NCBI GenBank assembly: GCA_965287045.1
Contig: OZ336871.1
Location: 68,138,001-68,202,000, forward strand
Direction of reading: 5' to 3'
DNA length: 64,000 nt
From: Carcharhinus amblyrhynchos
Taxonomy: Eukaryota
Shown: one piece after another, positions 62,273 to 64,000 of the stretch
Layout: every line of letters starts with the position of its first letter
Numbering within the stretch: position 1 is the stretch's first letter
The notes under the pieces: model-generated
What the model saw: the letters and a program-made list of their open reading frames with translations, nothing else
What the model was told of the DNA's origin: nothing
Databases searched by the model: none
Translations under genes and position numbers: made by a program

Positions 62273-62357
62273 TTTGAATTTCAATTGTTTTTTCCAGAGA
62301 GGCTACAGCATTGGCGTTTGGCTTCTGAAGCTGAACTTCTTGAGGAAGAGGCTCCAG
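62273..62357 (-). CDS. hdac9: Histone deacetylase 9, third-from-last coding exon (LEPLPQEVQLQKPNANAVASLEKTIEIQ)
   Basis: Manual translation; acceptor TTACAG| and donor |GTAAGT; 85 nt, phase 0 to phase 1. Resembles the class IIa HDAC segment LEPLxxxxLxQxPNxNAVxSLxKxIEIQ. Confidence 0.92.
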
Positions 62358-63029
62358 CTGTAATGATTCAAACAACTTAGTGATAAGATGAGTCAATTTG
62401 CTGTTTAAAAATGAACTCCCCCTCAAACATTTTCCTGCGACTTTCTAACCCTTTTCCAACCTGCAACCTTTTTGAAGAAGAGTTCCAGTGTAGCCTAGTG
62501 GAGATCACTTGAGTAATTTTCAGTTAATTTTATTAACTGTTTAACTGTCTGCAGAGGCTTGAAGTGTATGAATATTTTACTGAACTATGCTCATTTATCA
62601 CAAAACTATCTAAATTACTTGTCTTTCTATTTGTAATGTTTGGTTAAGCAAAGGCCAAATGTTTTTTGTTGAATTATTAATCTTCATTTAAAGAAATTTG
62701 ATGAATAGATTTTTTCTCCTTTGCCACCTTTTTCTGAACGGATGGTAACATTTTCTCTCCCTAGTCTTTAGTAGAATAGAGAGCTGCAGTGTTGTTTTTT
62801 CAGCTTAACATAGAACCTAACTGATTAATCCCCATATACCTTACAGGGTGTTTTCTTCCAGGGAAACAACAATGAGTCCTTTAATCACCTTGGAATTCAT
62901 TGGACAACTTCAGTTTTGACGTTATCACACTATATTGTTAAAGTAACTTCACAGTGTGTTATTTACACACTATACATAACTAAACTGAAGTGAAACTACT
63001 TCTTCCAGTGACTAAAGTATTTGAAATGA

Positions 63030-63680
63030 TCAGCTAAACATCAGATACATTGAAGCCATTGTGCCTGCCCCCACCACAAACTCTGTTCCCTCACCAGCAA
63101 TTCCACCCCCTCCCTGACTACATTCTCAGCTTTTTAAATCAGACTGTTTGCAACCTCAGCATCCTGTTTAACTCAGATGAGTTTCTGACCACATACCCTC
63201 TCCAACGTAATAATTCCCTGCTGCCCAAACCCTATTCTGCATCAAGTCCTGTTCACCCATCCTTCCTGTCCACCAATACCTCCAATTAATAATTTTCAAA
63301 GTCCCAAAGGCATTTAGAGATAGGCAATAAATGTTGACCCAGCTAATGATGCCCACATCCTGTAAATGAACAAAACAATTCTTCAAAGCCTTTTACAGCA
63401 TTTTCTCCACCAGCACAAACAACTCCTCACCCCAACTCCTCCCATATCTCTGCACCCTCCCCAAGCCCTACAAACTGTTCAAGAGTTCCTCCTAATTCTG
63501 GCCTGTTATGCATCTTCCAATCCCATCATCCACATTCAGCAGCCATATCTTCAGCTAGACCCTAAACTTGGAAATTACACTCTTAAATCTTTTCATCTCT
63601 CTCACTCTCAAACTTGAAGATCTTCCTTGAAACTTTGACGAATTTTTAATCAATCCTCTGCTTCTTCTTTATTGGCTTCA
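63030..63680 (+). mobile_element. Decayed L2-clade LINE remnant
   Basis: LNQTVCNLSILF resembles the L2 motif xxxVRNLGVxFD; C/T-rich; contains a family-B-type tail piece at ~63305-63375. Confidence 0.5.
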
Positions 63681-63693
63681 TGTCAATTATTTT

Positions 63694-63835
63694 AAAAGCA
63701 AGTTACTGTGGATGCTGGAATTTGAAACCAAAAGGGAAAATGCTGGAAAATCTCAGCAGGGCTGGCAGCATCTGTAAGGAGAGAAAAGAGCTGACATTTT
63801 GACTCCAGATGACCCTTTGTCAAAGCTTTGTCAAA
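63694..63835 (-). repeat. Penelope-like terminal-repeat fragment
   Basis: AAAAGCAAGTTACTGTGGATGCTGGAA...AAAATGCTGGAAAATCTCAGCAGG.CTGGCAGCATCTGT...GATGACCCTTTGTCAAAG. Confidence 0.7.
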
Positions 63836-64000
63836 TTTTGATTGCAAAACACATAAGTTACCTGAGTAAAATGGAAAAATAAACTGCTGGATACTCGAAT
63901 CAAAATTGAAAATGTTAGATTTTTACCTCATTTACTCTCTTCATATCTACTGCTTAATCTATTGTTTAAATTTTTCAGAATGTCAGCTTTGTTTCAAAAT

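Noticed and set aside
1-64000. CRISPR arrays, operons, rRNA or other prokaryote-type systems
   Set aside because: The sequence is spliced vertebrate DNA; no regularly spaced repeat-spacer array or rRNA-like sequence seen.

Overview
Vertebrate genomic DNA, most likely a shark or other elasmobranch (inferred from the SINE/LINE repertoire). The window holds the twist1-hdac9 convergent gene pair. twist1 is complete on + (single coding exon 14000-14500, 3'UTR intron 14521-15227, AATAAA 15813-15818). The last three coding exons of hdac9 are on - (62357-62273, 58639-58486, 49146-49107); the ORF track does not show them and I found them by manual translation. twist1 sits in a ~13 kb CpG-retaining region with no recognisable transposons, and there are several candidate conserved enhancers between the two genes. 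The rest is repeat-rich: tRNA-derived SINEs with at least four different 3' tails, decayed CR1/L2/Rex1 LINEs, Penelope-like fold-back elements, a Tigger-like MITE and a Harbinger remnant. A young 5'-truncated CR1 LINE with an intact 952-codon ORF2 lies in the last hdac9 intron. Main leads: (1) the ORF1/ORF2 junction of this LINE carries an in-frame U_UUA_AAC -1 slippery heptamer followed by a G-tract, and ORF2 has no AUG ahead of its endonuclease motif, suggesting programmed -1 frameshifting; (2) its 3'UTR contains a SINE core and a strong splice acceptor in hdac9 sense; (3) one SINE subfamily appears to have swapped a CR1 tail for a Rex1/Babar-like tail; (4) hammerhead-like cores occur in palindromic Penelope-like repeats. 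All homology statements come from recall, not database searches, and repeat boundaries are approximate.
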